From an uncultured Chloroflexia bacterium (GTDB lineage: Bacteria > Chloroflexota > Limnocylindria > Limnocylindrales > CSP1-4), in NCBI GenBank assembly GCA_963713975.1, contig OY970218.1, positions 64,001 to 128,000 of the forward strand: DNA of 64,000 nt, in the 5' to 3' direction. Below are positions 9,503 through 19,117 of this stretch, one piece after another. The position numbers were made by a program, and so were the translations under genes. Every line of letters begins with the position of its first letter. Within the stretch, counting starts at the first letter, position 1. The notes under the pieces are model-generated. The model made no database searches and was not told the origin of the DNA. It saw nothing but the letters and a program-made list of their open reading frames with translations.

Positions 9503-10590
9503 GACGTGCCCTCCGTGCCGGCTCCGAGGATGTGCCTGAGTCCCTGGCTGTGATACCGCTCGATCCAGCCCGGGTTGTCCGGGTTGGCGCCGCGGAGACG
9601 GGCGAGGACGAACGCCAGCAGGGCGACCGGCGGCACGGCGCTCAGCGGGGCTTGGTCCTCGGCAGCATCGTGCGGGAGGGGCAGCAGCACCGATGACGGG
9701 ACGAGTCGCGCCGGTCCCACCTCGATGGTCCGGCTCCCCCACTCCGCCGCGTGCGCCAGGAGGTCCGCGATCGCGGGGCGGGCGGGCCCTTCGGGCGCGA
9801 GCGCGATGACCACCGTGTCCGGGCCGAGCATCGTGGCTGCTCCGGAGGTCATCTCCCAGACCTCGGCGCCCTCGGCGTGGACGAGCGCCATCTCCTTGAG
9901 CTTGAGGGCGGCCTCGAGGGCGGCCGGGTAGCCCAGGCCACCCCCTGTCACGAACAGGTGCCGCGCATCCCGGAGCGACTCCGCGAGCGGGCCGACGAGC
10001 GGCTCCGCGGCGGCAATGCCGGCTTCCGCGTCGTCGGCGGCACGCAGGATCTCCTCGATCGGTCCGGCCGCACGTTCCGCGCCCAGCAGCTCCAGCAGCA
10101 GCAGGTCGGTGGCGACGAGAGTGGACGAGAACGTCTTGGTCATGACCGGCACCGTGGACGGGCCACCCGCCGAGAGCACGATGTCCGGGGCGACCCGGGT
10201 CAGCGTCGATCCCGGGACGTGGACGATGCCTGCCATCCGGACCCTGCCCCTGACCTCCTCGGCCACGGCCACGACGTCCTTGAACTCGCCCGACGACGAG
10301 ATGCCGACGATGGCGTCTGACGCGCCGAGGGCCGGCGGGTACGTCAGGAACTCGGCCGAGGTCATGGGGATGACCATCGGATCGTCGGGGGTCGCGTGGT
10401 GGCGGTAGAGCGCGGCCGACGCGAGGCACGAGTGATAGCTGGTGCCGTTGCCGATGACGTGCACACGGCGGATGCCGGCATCGCGCCAGGCGGCGGCAAC
10501 GGCTCGCGCGGCCGGCTGGGCGGTCTCGACCGTCGCGCGGATCGCGGCCGGCCCCTCCCGGATCTCCTTCGGGACGATGCCCTCGATCAT
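9499..10590 (-). CDS. Double-SIS-domain sugar-phosphate isomerase/deaminase (AgaS/FrlB/GlmS-C-like)
   Basis: EIREGP, GNGTSYH, ISSSGE, MTKTF, EAALKLKEM, RGANPDNP; no glutaminase domain. Confidence 0.87.
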   Translation of the reverse strand: MIEGIVPKEIREGPAAIRATVETAQPAARAVAAAWRDAGIRRVHVIGNGTSYHSCLASAALYRHHATPDDPMVIPMTSAEFLTYPPALGASDAIVGISSSGEFKDVVAVAEEVRGRVRMAGIVHVPGSTLTRVAPDIVLSAGGPSTVPVMTKTFSSTLVATDLLLLELLGAERAAGPIEEILRAADDAEAGIAAAEPLVGPLAESLRDARHLFVTGGGLGYPAALEAALKLKEMALVHAEGAEVWEMTSGAATMLGPDTVVIALAPEGPARPAIADLLAHAAEWGSRTIEVGPARLVPSSVLLPLPHDAAEDQAPLSAVPPVALLAFVLARLRGANPDNPGWIERYHSQGLRHILGAGTEGTS

Positions 10591-11381
10591 CAGCGGCCCC
10601 CGGCCACGTGGCCCGAACCAACGCCGGGACCGGTGGTGGCAACGATCACCTGGCCCACGCGTTCGCGGACGACGGCCAGCGTCTCGCTGCCCACCGCGTC
10701 GTCGGTCACCAGCACGTCCACCTCCTCCAGGCCGGCCACGAACCCCGGGGCCACCTGCTCGAACTTGGAGGAATCGGCGAGGACCACCACCGAGCGCACC
10801 ATCCGCTGCAGCGCCCGGTCGACCAGGATCTCCGGGACGGAGTCGTTCATGAGGCCCTGCTCCACGCTGATCGCCCCGATCCCCATGAACAGGAGGTCTG
10901 CGCGGAGCTCCTGCGCGGCGAGCTCGGCCAGGTGCCCGAGCATGGAGTGCATCCGGGGCCGCACCACCCCGCCGAGGACGATCAGCTCGATGCCGTCGCG
11001 ATCCAGCAGCACGTTCGCCACGTCGAGCGCATTTGTGATGACGGTCAGGCGGCGGTCGGCAATGGCGCGCGCGAACAGCAGCGCCGTGCTGCCGCTGCCG
11101 ATGACGATCGTGGCCCGGTCCTGCACCAGGGCGGCGGCCGCATGCGCGATCGCCGCCTTTGCCTCGTGCCGTGGATCGGCGCGGCCGGCGGGCGAGAGCC
11201 CATCGGACAGGGCGGCGCCCCCGTAGGTGCGGACCAGGCGCCCATCGCGGGCTAGCCGCTGGAGGTCGCGGCGGATCGTGGACGGCGTCACGTCGAGGTC
11301 CGATGCCAGCTGGGCCACGCTGGCCCGTCCGTCGGCGCGGAGGTGGTCGACCAGGCGCGCGCGACGTTCCGTCTCTCGCAT
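10590..11381 (-). CDS. DeoR/GlpR-family transcriptional regulator
   Basis: HTH VTPSTIRRDL..L, RTYGGA, GSGST, VITNA, LADSSKF. Confidence 0.93.
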   Translation of the reverse strand: MRETERRARLVDHLRADGRASVAQLASDLDVTPSTIRRDLQRLARDGRLVRTYGGAALSDGLSPAGRADPRHEAKAAIAHAAAALVQDRATIVIGSGSTALLFARAIADRRLTVITNALDVANVLLDRDGIELIVLGGVVRPRMHSMLGHLAELAAQELRADLLFMGIGAISVEQGLMNDSVPEILVDRALQRMVRSVVVLADSSKFEQVAPGFVAGLEEVDVLVTDDAVGSETLAVVRERVGQVIVATTGPGVGSGHVAGGR

Positions 11382-11387
11382 GCGTGC

Positions 11388-11493
11388 ATAGTGCGCATTC
11401 GCTGCTCGCTTTGTCAACTCTGTTGCGCGTTGTGCGCATCGATCGCCGATCCCGTGCGCATAACTTGCAGCCCGTTGGTCCACGGCCTACGAT
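11388..11493. promoter_or_regulatory. Divergent promoters with three GTGCGCAT boxes (candidate DeoR operators)
   Basis: Minus strand TTGACA(11412-17)-18-CACTAT(11388-93); plus strand TACGAT(11488-93); GTGCGCAT at 11391, 11432 and 11454. Confidence 0.6.
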
Positions 11494-11500
11494 GCGTCCG

Positions 11501-12469
11501 ATGGCCTACCTGCTCGGAACCCTCCGCGGCCTCGACGCCTGCAGCTCGCCGGCCGGCACGTTCACCGTGCTCGCGCTCGACCACCGGCAGAACCTCCGCA
11601 AGGAGCTGCGACCCGCGGATCCGTCCTCCGTGACCGAGACCGAGATGGTGGAGTTCAAGCGCGCCGTGGTGCGCTCGCTCGGGACGACCGGGACCGGAAT
11701 GCTGCTCGATCCGGAGATCGGGGTGGCGCCCGCGATCGCCGATGGGTCACTGCCCGGACGCGCCGGGCTGATCGTCGCCGTGGAGGCCACCGGCTTCGAG
11801 GGCCCGCGGACGGCCCGCGTCAGTCGGGTCCTGCCCGGCTGGGGGATCGAGCAGATCAAGCGACTGGGCGCCTCCGCCGCGAAGCTCCTCGTCTACTACC
11901 ACCCGGACGCTCCAAACGCCGCGGACCAGGAGCGGCTGGTGGCGGACGTCGCGCAGGCGTGCCAGGCCGCGGACCTCGCCCTGTTCCTGGAGCCGCTGTC
12001 CTTCGGCCTCGACGGCAGCCGGCTGACCGGAGAGGCGCGGCGCCGGATCGTGATCGAGACCGCGCGCCGCCTGACCCCGCTCGGGTGCGACATCCTCAAG
12101 GCCGAGTTCCCGTACGACGCGCCGGTGACCGACACGGCCGCCTGGAGTGACGCCTGTGCGGAGCTCGACGCGGCGACCCGGGTCCCGTGGGTGCTGCTGT
12201 CGGGGGGCGTCGACGACGCCACGTTCGAGCGACAGGTCCACGTCGCATGCCGGGCTGGCGCGAGCGGCGTGCTCGTCGGCCGATCGGTGTGGGCCGAGGC
12301 CGCCCAGCTGGACCCGGAGGAGCGCGCCGCGTTCCTGGACTCGACGGGCCGTGGGCGCCTGGCCCGCCTCGTGTCCCTCGTGGACGAGGTCGCGGCCCCG
12401 TGGCGTCCGCGCTGGATCGCGGCGCGCCGGCCCGAGGCGCCCGGGCACGGCTGGTACGAGCGGTACTGA
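11501..12469 (+). CDS. lacD: Tagatose-1,6-bisphosphate aldolase-like class I aldolase (LacD/YihT family)
   Basis: LALDHR, LLDPE, AKLLVYY, LFLEP, DILKAEFP, WVLLSGGV, GVLVGRSVW. Confidence 0.85.
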   Translation: MAYLLGTLRGLDACSSPAGTFTVLALDHRQNLRKELRPADPSSVTETEMVEFKRAVVRSLGTTGTGMLLDPEIGVAPAIADGSLPGRAGLIVAVEATGFEGPRTARVSRVLPGWGIEQIKRLGASAAKLLVYYHPDAPNAADQERLVADVAQACQAADLALFLEPLSFGLDGSRLTGEARRRIVIETARRLTPLGCDILKAEFPYDAPVTDTAAWSDACAELDAATRVPWVLLSGGVDDATFERQVHVACRAGASGVLVGRSVWAEAAQLDPEERAAFLDSTGRGRLARLVSLVDEVAAPWRPRWIAARRPEAPGHGWYERY

Positions 12470-12471
12470 GC

Positions 12472-13476
12472 GTGACGGCGCCTGGCACCGCCCGCCGTCG
12501 CGACATCGACGTGCTGGTCGTGGGCGAGATCAACCCGGACCTCGTGGTGTCCGACCCGGATCCGCGACCCGTGTTCGGCCAGGCCGAGCGGATCGTGGAG
12601 ACCATCCGCCTGTCGATCGGGAGCTCGTCCGCGATCACGGCGTGTGGGATGGCCAGGCTGGGCCTGCGCGTGGCGATGGTCGGCGTCGTGGGCGATGACG
12701 CGCTCGGACGGTTCATGCTCGACGCGCTCGCCGCCCGGGACGTCGACGTCTCGGCCTGCCGGGTCGATGCCGGTCGACCGACCGGCGCGTCGGTCATCCT
12801 GGGAAACGGCACGGATCGCGCGATCCTGACAGCCACGGGAACGATCGCCGATGTCCGGGCCGCGGACGTTCCGCCCGCCCTCCTGGCGAGAGCCCGCCAT
12901 CTCCACGTCGGCAGCTTCTTCCTCCAGCCGTCGCTCGCCGCCGAGGTTCCGGCGCTGTTCCTTGCCGGGCGCGCGGCCGGCCTGACGACGAGTCTGGACC
13001 CGAACTGGGATCCGTCGGGTGCGTGGGACGGCGCATTTGCCGCGGCCGCTGCGGAGACCGATGTCCTCCTGCCCAACGCGGCCGAGGCATCCTGGCTCAC
13101 GGGCCAGGCGCAGCCGGAGTCGGCGGGACGCAGGCTCGCGAGCGCCGCCGGCAGGTTCGGCGATGACGCCACGTCCGGGAAGGCGGTCCGGACGGTCGCG
13201 GTGAAGCTGGGGCCCGATGGGGCACTCGGCATCGCGCCCGGTGGTGACGTGGTGCGGGTCGCCGCCCTGCCCGTGGCCCCCGTGGACACCACGGGTGCAG
13301 GCGACTCGTTCGACGCAGGGTTCCTGGCAGCATGGATGGACGGCCGCACGCTCACCGAGACGCTGCGCTTCGCCGTTGCCTGCGGCTCGCTCTCCACGCG
13401 CTCGATCGGCGGCACCGAGGGCCAGCCCACGCTCGACGAGGTCCAGGCCGCGCTGGCCGGGTGGGTCACCGCATGA
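12472..13476 (+). CDS. PfkB-family carbohydrate kinase
   Basis: GSSSAI..A..LG, VGDDALG, PNAAEA, VKLGPDG, VDTTGAGDSFDAGF. Confidence 0.9.
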   Translation: MTAPGTARRRDIDVLVVGEINPDLVVSDPDPRPVFGQAERIVETIRLSIGSSSAITACGMARLGLRVAMVGVVGDDALGRFMLDALAARDVDVSACRVDAGRPTGASVILGNGTDRAILTATGTIADVRAADVPPALLARARHLHVGSFFLQPSLAAEVPALFLAGRAAGLTTSLDPNWDPSGAWDGAFAAAAAETDVLLPNAAEASWLTGQAQPESAGRRLASAAGRFGDDATSGKAVRTVAVKLGPDGALGIAPGGDVVRVAALPVAPVDTTGAGDSFDAGFLAAWMDGRTLTETLRFAVACGSLSTRSIGGTEGQPTLDEVQAALAGWVTA

Positions 13477-14462
13477 CCCCCGCGGGCCCGCCTGCCATCC
13501 CCCGGGTCGTGGGCGTCTCCCTCAACGCCGCGGTCGACAAGACGGCGTCCGTGAGTCGGCTCGTGCCCGGGGAGATCCATCGGCCGACGGTGCGGACCGT
13601 CGTTCCCGGCGGCAAGGCGGTCAATGTCGTCCGGGCGGCCCGACACCTCGGCCTCGACGGTGAGGTCGTGGCGGTGCTGGGCGGACACGCGGGGGAGTGG
13701 TATCGGGCTGCGCTGGCCGAACGCTCCATCGCGCTGCATGCCGTCGATGTCGCCGGCGAGACGCGCACCTGCCTGTCCATCCTCGACGTGGCGACTGGCG
13801 AGCTGACCGAGCTCTACGAGGCCGGGGTGGAGCTGTCGGACCGGGACTGGCCGCTGGTCGAGGACGCACTCCGGGCGGCGCTCGGGACCGACGCTGCCGG
13901 TGCCGTCGTCGTCCTCGCGGGCAGCCTGCCACCGGGGGCGCCGCTGGATGCCTATGGTCGTCTCGGCGCGATCGCGGCAAGCCTCGGCGCACGCGCGGCC
14001 ATCGACATCGCGGGACCACCGCTCGCGGCCGCGCTCGACGCCGGTCCGTGGCTCGTCAAGGTGAACGCCGTCGAGGTCGAGACGGTCACCGGGACGAGCG
14101 CCCGGACGCAAGCCCGTGCCCTCGCCGCGGCCCGGGACCTGCGTGACCGGGGCGCCGGGATCGCGATCGTGACTCGGGGGGTCCACGGAGCGGTGCTGGC
14201 GGCACCGGATGGGGACTGGACGCTCGGGAACCTGCCGACGTCGCTCCGTGGCCCGTACTCCGTGGGAAGCGGCGACGCCTTCCTCGCCGGGTTCCTGGCA
14301 GGGCTGGCGCGCGGCCTGTCCCCCGGGGAGGCACTCCAGCTTGCGGGTGCGGCTGGTTCCGCCAACGCCCGGGTGCCCGGCCAGGGCGAGCTCGATCCCG
14401 GGGATGTCGAGCGGACCGTGCGCTCGTGTCCCGTGAACCTGGTTCCAAGCTCCCGAACCTGA
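13473..14462 (+). CDS. 1-phosphofructokinase/tagatose-6-phosphate kinase-family kinase (LacC/FruK-like)
   Basis: LNAAVD, PGGKAVNV, ETRTC, LAGSLPPG, KVNAVE, VGSGDAF. Confidence 0.88.
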   Translation: MTPAGPPAIPRVVGVSLNAAVDKTASVSRLVPGEIHRPTVRTVVPGGKAVNVVRAARHLGLDGEVVAVLGGHAGEWYRAALAERSIALHAVDVAGETRTCLSILDVATGELTELYEAGVELSDRDWPLVEDALRAALGTDAAGAVVVLAGSLPPGAPLDAYGRLGAIAASLGARAAIDIAGPPLAAALDAGPWLVKVNAVEVETVTGTSARTQARALAAARDLRDRGAGIAIVTRGVHGAVLAAPDGDWTLGNLPTSLRGPYSVGSGDAFLAGFLAGLARGLSPGEALQLAGAAGSANARVPGQGELDPGDVERTVRSCPVNLVPSSRT

Positions 14463-14513
14463 CGACGCCGGGCGGTCCAGGGGCTCCTCCTGGGTGCCAC
14501 TACCGTGCGAGCC

Positions 14514-14987
14514 CTACTCCGGGGTGACCGCCAGCTGCTCCAGCCGCCTGCGGACCCGGCCCAGGGCGCCGCGGTCGGCGAATGCGACGAACACCGTGTC
14601 GTCGCCCGCGATCGAGCCGGCAACCTCGGGCCACCGGGCTCGGTCCAGGGCGGCGGCCAGCGGGTGCGCAGAGCCGGGAAGGGTCTTGAGCACCAGCATC
14701 GTGCCGGCCTCCCGGATCTCCACCGGCATGTCGCCGAGGAGGCGGCGGATCCGATCCTCACCACTCGTGTCAGCCTCACGCAGGCGGGGAGGGATCGCAT
14801 AGGCCTGCGTCCCGCTGCGCACGGCCTTGACCAGGCCCAGCTCCGCGACGTCCCGGCTGATCGTCGCCTGGGTGGCCCGGAACCCACGCTCCCGCAAGGC
14901 GGCCGCCAGCTCCTGCTGGGTCCGGATGGGACGCTGCTCCACGAGGTCGCGGATGGCCCGCTGTCGGAGCTGCTTCATGACCTCCAT
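14514..14987 (-). CDS. argR: Arginine repressor
   Basis: TQQEL...L...G..ATQATISRD, VLKTLPGSA, GSIAGDDT. Confidence 0.93.
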   Translation of the reverse strand: MEVMKQLRQRAIRDLVEQRPIRTQQELAAALRERGFRATQATISRDVAELGLVKAVRSGTQAYAIPPRLREADTSGEDRIRRLLGDMPVEIREAGTMLVLKTLPGSAHPLAAALDRARWPEVAGSIAGDDTVFVAFADRGALGRVRRRLEQLAVTPE

Positions 14988-14998
14988 GGGAGCGCTGT

Positions 14999-15844
14999 CT
15001 AGTGCCCCACCCACACGAGCCCGGCGATGATCGCGGCAAGGACGAGGCGATAGACCACGAAGATCGTGAGCGAGTGGGACCGGAGATAGCTGAGCAGGAC
15101 CTTGATGGCAAGCACCCCGGCGACGAATGACGCCACCGTGCCGACGAGCAGGGCTCCCGGGCTCACCGTGACGCTCATGTCGCCGACTGCAAGCTTGCGG
15201 ATCTCGAACAGGGTCGCCCCCAGGATGATCGGCGCGGCCATGAGGAAGCTGAACCGGGCGGCACTCTCGCGATCGAGGCCGGCGACCCGCCCGGCCGCGA
15301 TCGAGACGCCGGACCGGCTGATCCCCGGGATGAGCGCGAGCGCCTGCGCCACGCCGAGTGAGAGTGCGACCGGGAAGGTCACGTCGACGATCCGCCGGGC
15401 CTGGCTGCCCCAACGGTCGGCGGCCCACATGATGCCGGCGCCGACGACCAGCATCACGGCGACGGGCCCTGCGGCCCCGGGTCCGGTGCCGTGGAACTGC
15501 TCTTCGATGACATCGTTGAGCAGGTAGCCGACGACCGCGGCCGGAATGGTCGTGGCGACCAGCAGCCAGGCGAGCCGACGGTCCGGATCATCGCGAAACG
15601 ACCGGTCGCGGATCGTGGCCAGACCGGCCGGAACCAGCCGGAGCCAGTCCCTGCTGAAGTACAGCAGGAGGGCCGCCAGCGTGCCGATGTTGAGCAGCAC
15701 GCTGAACGCGAGTGACGTGATGAACGGGTCGTCCCAGCCCATCACGTACGGGATGAGCACGAGGTGCCCGGACGAGGAGATCGGCAGGAACTCGGTGAGG
15801 CCCTGCACGATCCCCATGACGGCCGCCTGGAGGAGCTGGTCCAT
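14999..15844 (-). CDS. uppP: Undecaprenyl-diphosphate phosphatase (BacA)
   Basis: GIVQGLTEFLPISSSGHL, ALIPGISRSG, AARFSFL. Confidence 0.95.
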   Translation of the reverse strand: MDQLLQAAVMGIVQGLTEFLPISSSGHLVLIPYVMGWDDPFITSLAFSVLLNIGTLAALLLYFSRDWLRLVPAGLATIRDRSFRDDPDRRLAWLLVATTIPAAVVGYLLNDVIEEQFHGTGPGAAGPVAVMLVVGAGIMWAADRWGSQARRIVDVTFPVALSLGVAQALALIPGISRSGVSIAAGRVAGLDRESAARFSFLMAAPIILGATLFEIRKLAVGDMSVTVSPGALLVGTVASFVAGVLAIKVLLSYLRSHSLTIFVVYRLVLAAIIAGLVWVGH

Positions 15845-15899
15845 CGGTTACCTCGGGCGGCCGGTCGCGTGGCGCCGGCCGCCCAGGACGCTCAGCCGC

Positions 15900-18128
15900 C
15901 TAGCGGATGAACAGCGGGGCGAGGACGAGGGTGATCGTTGCGATGAGCTTCACGAGCACGTGCAGCGACGGGCCCGCGGTGTCCTTGAAGGGATCGCCGA
16001 CCGTGTCGCCGACGACCGCCGCGGCATGGGCGTCGCTGCCCTTGCCGAGCACGTTGCCGTCCTCGTCCTTGAGGTTCCCGGACTCGATGTACTTCTTGGC
16101 GTTGTCCCAGGCTCCGCCGCCGTTGTTGAGGACGGTGGCAAGGAGGACGCCGGCGATGGTTCCCACCATCAGGAACCCGGCGACGGCCTGGTAGCCCAGC
16201 AGGAGGCCGACGAGGATCGGCGTGGCCACGGCGACCATGCCCGGGGCGACCATCTCACGGAGCGCCGCACGAGTGGTGATGTCCACCACTCGCGCGTAGT
16301 CCGGGCGCTGGGTGTAGTCCATGATCCCGGGCATCTCCCGGAACTGGCGCCGGACCTCGACGATGATCGACTGGGCGGTGGTGCCGACGGCCCGGATGGC
16401 GAGGCTGCTGAAGAAGTAGGCGAGCATCGCGCCGATGAAGGCCGCGACGAACACGCCGACATCGGCCATGTTGACCGAGGTGAGCAGCTCCACGTCCTGC
16501 TTGCCGGCCGCGATCTGGTTGCCCAGGATGAGGTTGACCTTGTCGATGTACGCGGAGAACAGGAGGAACGCGGCCAGCGATGCCGACGCGATCGCGTAGC
16601 CCTTGGTAAGGGCCTTGGTGGTGTTGCCGACGGCGTCAAGCTTGTCAGTGATCTCGCGGGCGCCTGCCTCGGCCCGGGAGAACTCGGCGATCCCGCCTGC
16701 GTTGTCCGTGATCGGCCCGAACGTGTCCATGGCCAGGATGTAGGCGGTCGTCATGAGCATGCCCATGGTCGCCACGGCGGTGCCGAAGATCCCGCCCACG
16801 TCCTGGCCGGCAGTGTTGGTCAGGTTCGCCTGTGAGCCGAGCCAATGGCTGGCGATCAGCGCGACGCCGATCGTGAGCGCGGTCACGGCGGTGGTCTCGA
16901 AGCCAACGGCGGTGCCGCTGATGATGTTGGTCGCCGGACCGGTCTTGGAAGCCTCGGCGATCTCGCGGACCGGGCGGAACGATCCCGCCGTGTAGAACTG
17001 CGTGATGTAGACGAACGCGACGCTCGTCGCGAGGCCGACGACCCCCGCGAGGAAGAACCACACCCAGACTGGCAGCCCGTTCGCGACGTCGCCATTGGTC
17101 TGCATCATCTGGCTGGTGACGAACGCGAGCCCCAGCACGGACAGGATCGTGGTGACCCAGTACCCGCGGTTGAGGATGTTCATCGGATCCTCGGTCTCCT
17201 TGCCGCGGATGAAGAACATCGCGACCATCGTGGCGAACAGCCCGAAGGAGCGCACGACGAGGGGGAAGAAGATCCAGGCCGACGGGTTAGGCCAGCCGAG
17301 GTCGGTCGCGATCTTGAACACCGCGACACCGAGGATCATGGCGCCGATGTTCTCGGCGGCCGTGGACTCGAACAGGTCAGCACCGCGGCCGGCGCAGTCG
17401 CCGACGTTGTCGCCCACGAGGTCCGCGATCACGCCCGCGTTCCGGGGATCGTCCTCGGGGATGCCCTTCTCGACCTTGCCGACGAGGTCGGAGCCGACAT
17501 CGGCTGCCTTGGTGTAGATGCCACCGCCCAGCTGGGCGAACAGGGCCACAAAGCTCGCGCCGAAGCCGAAGCCGACGATGAGGAACGGCGCCTGCTCCAC
17601 GGTGACATCGCCGATCAGCACTTGGAACAGCGTGAACACGAGCCACACGCCGAGCAGCGACAGGGCGACGACGAGGAAGCCGGAGACGGCCCCACCGCGC
17701 ATGGCGACCTGGACGGCCTCGACGAGGCTGCGGCGTGCCGCCGAGGCGGTCCGCACGTTCGAGCGGACGCTGATGGTCATACCGATGATGCCTGAGAGCA
17801 TCGAGCAGCCCGCGCCGACGAGGAACGCGAAACCGGTCAGGACGCCGATCGGCAGGCCGGCCAGGGACGGCACATCTGCCACCTCCGGCGTCTCCACCAG
17901 CGCGATGACCACACCGATGATCACGGATGCGACGACCGCGAGCACCGCGATCGTCGTGTACTGGCGCTTGACGAATGCGTCGGCGCCTTCGCGGATCGTA
18001 TCGGCCACATCCACCATGGCCGATGTCCCGGTATCCCGGGCCATGACGTCGCGTGCCAGGTAGGCCGCGAACAGGATCGCGGCGATGCCTGAGATGGGGA
18101 TGATCCAGTAGAGCGCGGATTCGCCCAT
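15900..18128 (-). CDS. hppA: Membrane proton-translocating pyrophosphatase, K+-independent type
   Basis: GGIYTKAADVGSDLVGKVE, EDDPRN, DNAGGIAE, GNTTKA (Lys), GDTVGDPFKDT. Confidence 0.95.
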   Translation of the reverse strand: MGESALYWIIPISGIAAILFAAYLARDVMARDTGTSAMVDVADTIREGADAFVKRQYTTIAVLAVVASVIIGVVIALVETPEVADVPSLAGLPIGVLTGFAFLVGAGCSMLSGIIGMTISVRSNVRTASAARRSLVEAVQVAMRGGAVSGFLVVALSLLGVWLVFTLFQVLIGDVTVEQAPFLIVGFGFGASFVALFAQLGGGIYTKAADVGSDLVGKVEKGIPEDDPRNAGVIADLVGDNVGDCAGRGADLFESTAAENIGAMILGVAVFKIATDLGWPNPSAWIFFPLVVRSFGLFATMVAMFFIRGKETEDPMNILNRGYWVTTILSVLGLAFVTSQMMQTNGDVANGLPVWVWFFLAGVVGLATSVAFVYITQFYTAGSFRPVREIAEASKTGPATNIISGTAVGFETTAVTALTIGVALIASHWLGSQANLTNTAGQDVGGIFGTAVATMGMLMTTAYILAMDTFGPITDNAGGIAEFSRAEAGAREITDKLDAVGNTTKALTKGYAIASASLAAFLLFSAYIDKVNLILGNQIAAGKQDVELLTSVNMADVGVFVAAFIGAMLAYFFSSLAIRAVGTTAQSIIVEVRRQFREMPGIMDYTQRPDYARVVDITTRAALREMVAPGMVAVATPILVGLLLGYQAVAGFLMVGTIAGVLLATVLNNGGGAWDNAKKYIESGNLKDEDGNVLGKGSDAHAAAVVGDTVGDPFKDTAGPSLHVLVKLIATITLVLAPLFIR

Positions 18129-18510
18129 AGACGTCTGCAGAGCCTCCTACCCATTGGCGCGGGAACGCCGGATCGCCTGTCGTGGCGTGGAATGACGGGC
18201 CCGGCGCGATCCGGGCCTGGCGCGGTTGCCCGCGCATGGTGTGGGCATGTCACCGGCGGGGGTTCGGAACGCAGGGGAACCGCCACATCGGCGGGTTGAG
18301 TGTATGCGTGCGCGTTCGCACGGGTCAAACGACTTCCGGGCCTGAGCGCATGGCTTGCAGTGGACCGCGTGGCCTATGCATTGGCCCCCACGACGCCCTG
18401 TCGTGGGCCAGTCGGCCCTACCGGGCAACGCGCGCCCACCCCAGGGCCCGGCTCCGGTTCGGTGACGGCAAGCCGGGGCAGCGGGCTCCCGCACCCTATA
18501 CTCCCCGCTC

Positions 18511-19104
18511 GTGGACCGCAGATCCAGCTTCGGGTGTCTCATCGAGGTCGTCGAGACCCTCGTCCTCACCCTCGTCATCTTCTTCGTCATCCAGAACTTC
18601 ATTGCCCAGCCGTACCAGGTGCAGCAGCAATCGATGGAGACGACGCTGGAGCCGGGCCAGTACGTGCTGGTCGACAAGCTCACGCCCCGCTGGGACAGCT
18701 ACCAGCGAGGTGACGTGGTGGTCTTCGACCCTCCCGAGACCTGGACGAGCGATCCCACGCCGTTCATCAAGCGCGTGATCGGTGAGCCCGGCGACACGGT
18801 CGAGGTCCGCGACGATGGCTACGTCTACATCAACGGCGTCAACCTCGAGGAGACGTACACGTTCGCGAACGCCGCGGGCGTCCAGGAGCCCACCGAGGCC
18901 TCCCCCGATCAGACCCGCTGGGTCGTCCCGGCCGGCCAGCTGTTCGTGATGGGCGACCACCGCCAGAAGTCCGCGGACTCACGGGTGTTCGGGCCGATCA
19001 ACACCTCCGACGTCATCGGCCGGGCATTCCTCCGCTACTGGCCGATCAGCACCCTCGGGATCCTCCAGACGCCCGCCTACCCAGACATCCCCGCGGCCCC
19101 CTGA
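18511..19104 (+). CDS. lepB: Signal peptidase I
   Basis: One TM segment, SMETTL (catalytic Ser), FIKRVIG (Lys), MGDHR..SADSR.FG. Confidence 0.93.
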   Translation: MDRRSSFGCLIEVVETLVLTLVIFFVIQNFIAQPYQVQQQSMETTLEPGQYVLVDKLTPRWDSYQRGDVVVFDPPETWTSDPTPFIKRVIGEPGDTVEVRDDGYVYINGVNLEETYTFANAAGVQEPTEASPDQTRWVVPAGQLFVMGDHRQKSADSRVFGPINTSDVIGRAFLRYWPISTLGILQTPAYPDIPAAP

Positions 19105-19117
19105 CGGGGCCTGAGCC

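Noticed and set aside
8165-10642. Apparent long N-terminal extensions or fusions in the ORF track (GH4 825 aa, SBP 655 aa, SIS 646 aa, serS 507 aa)
   Set aside because: The extensions overlap upstream genes in other frames; starts at stop/start overlaps or after an RBS give normal sizes
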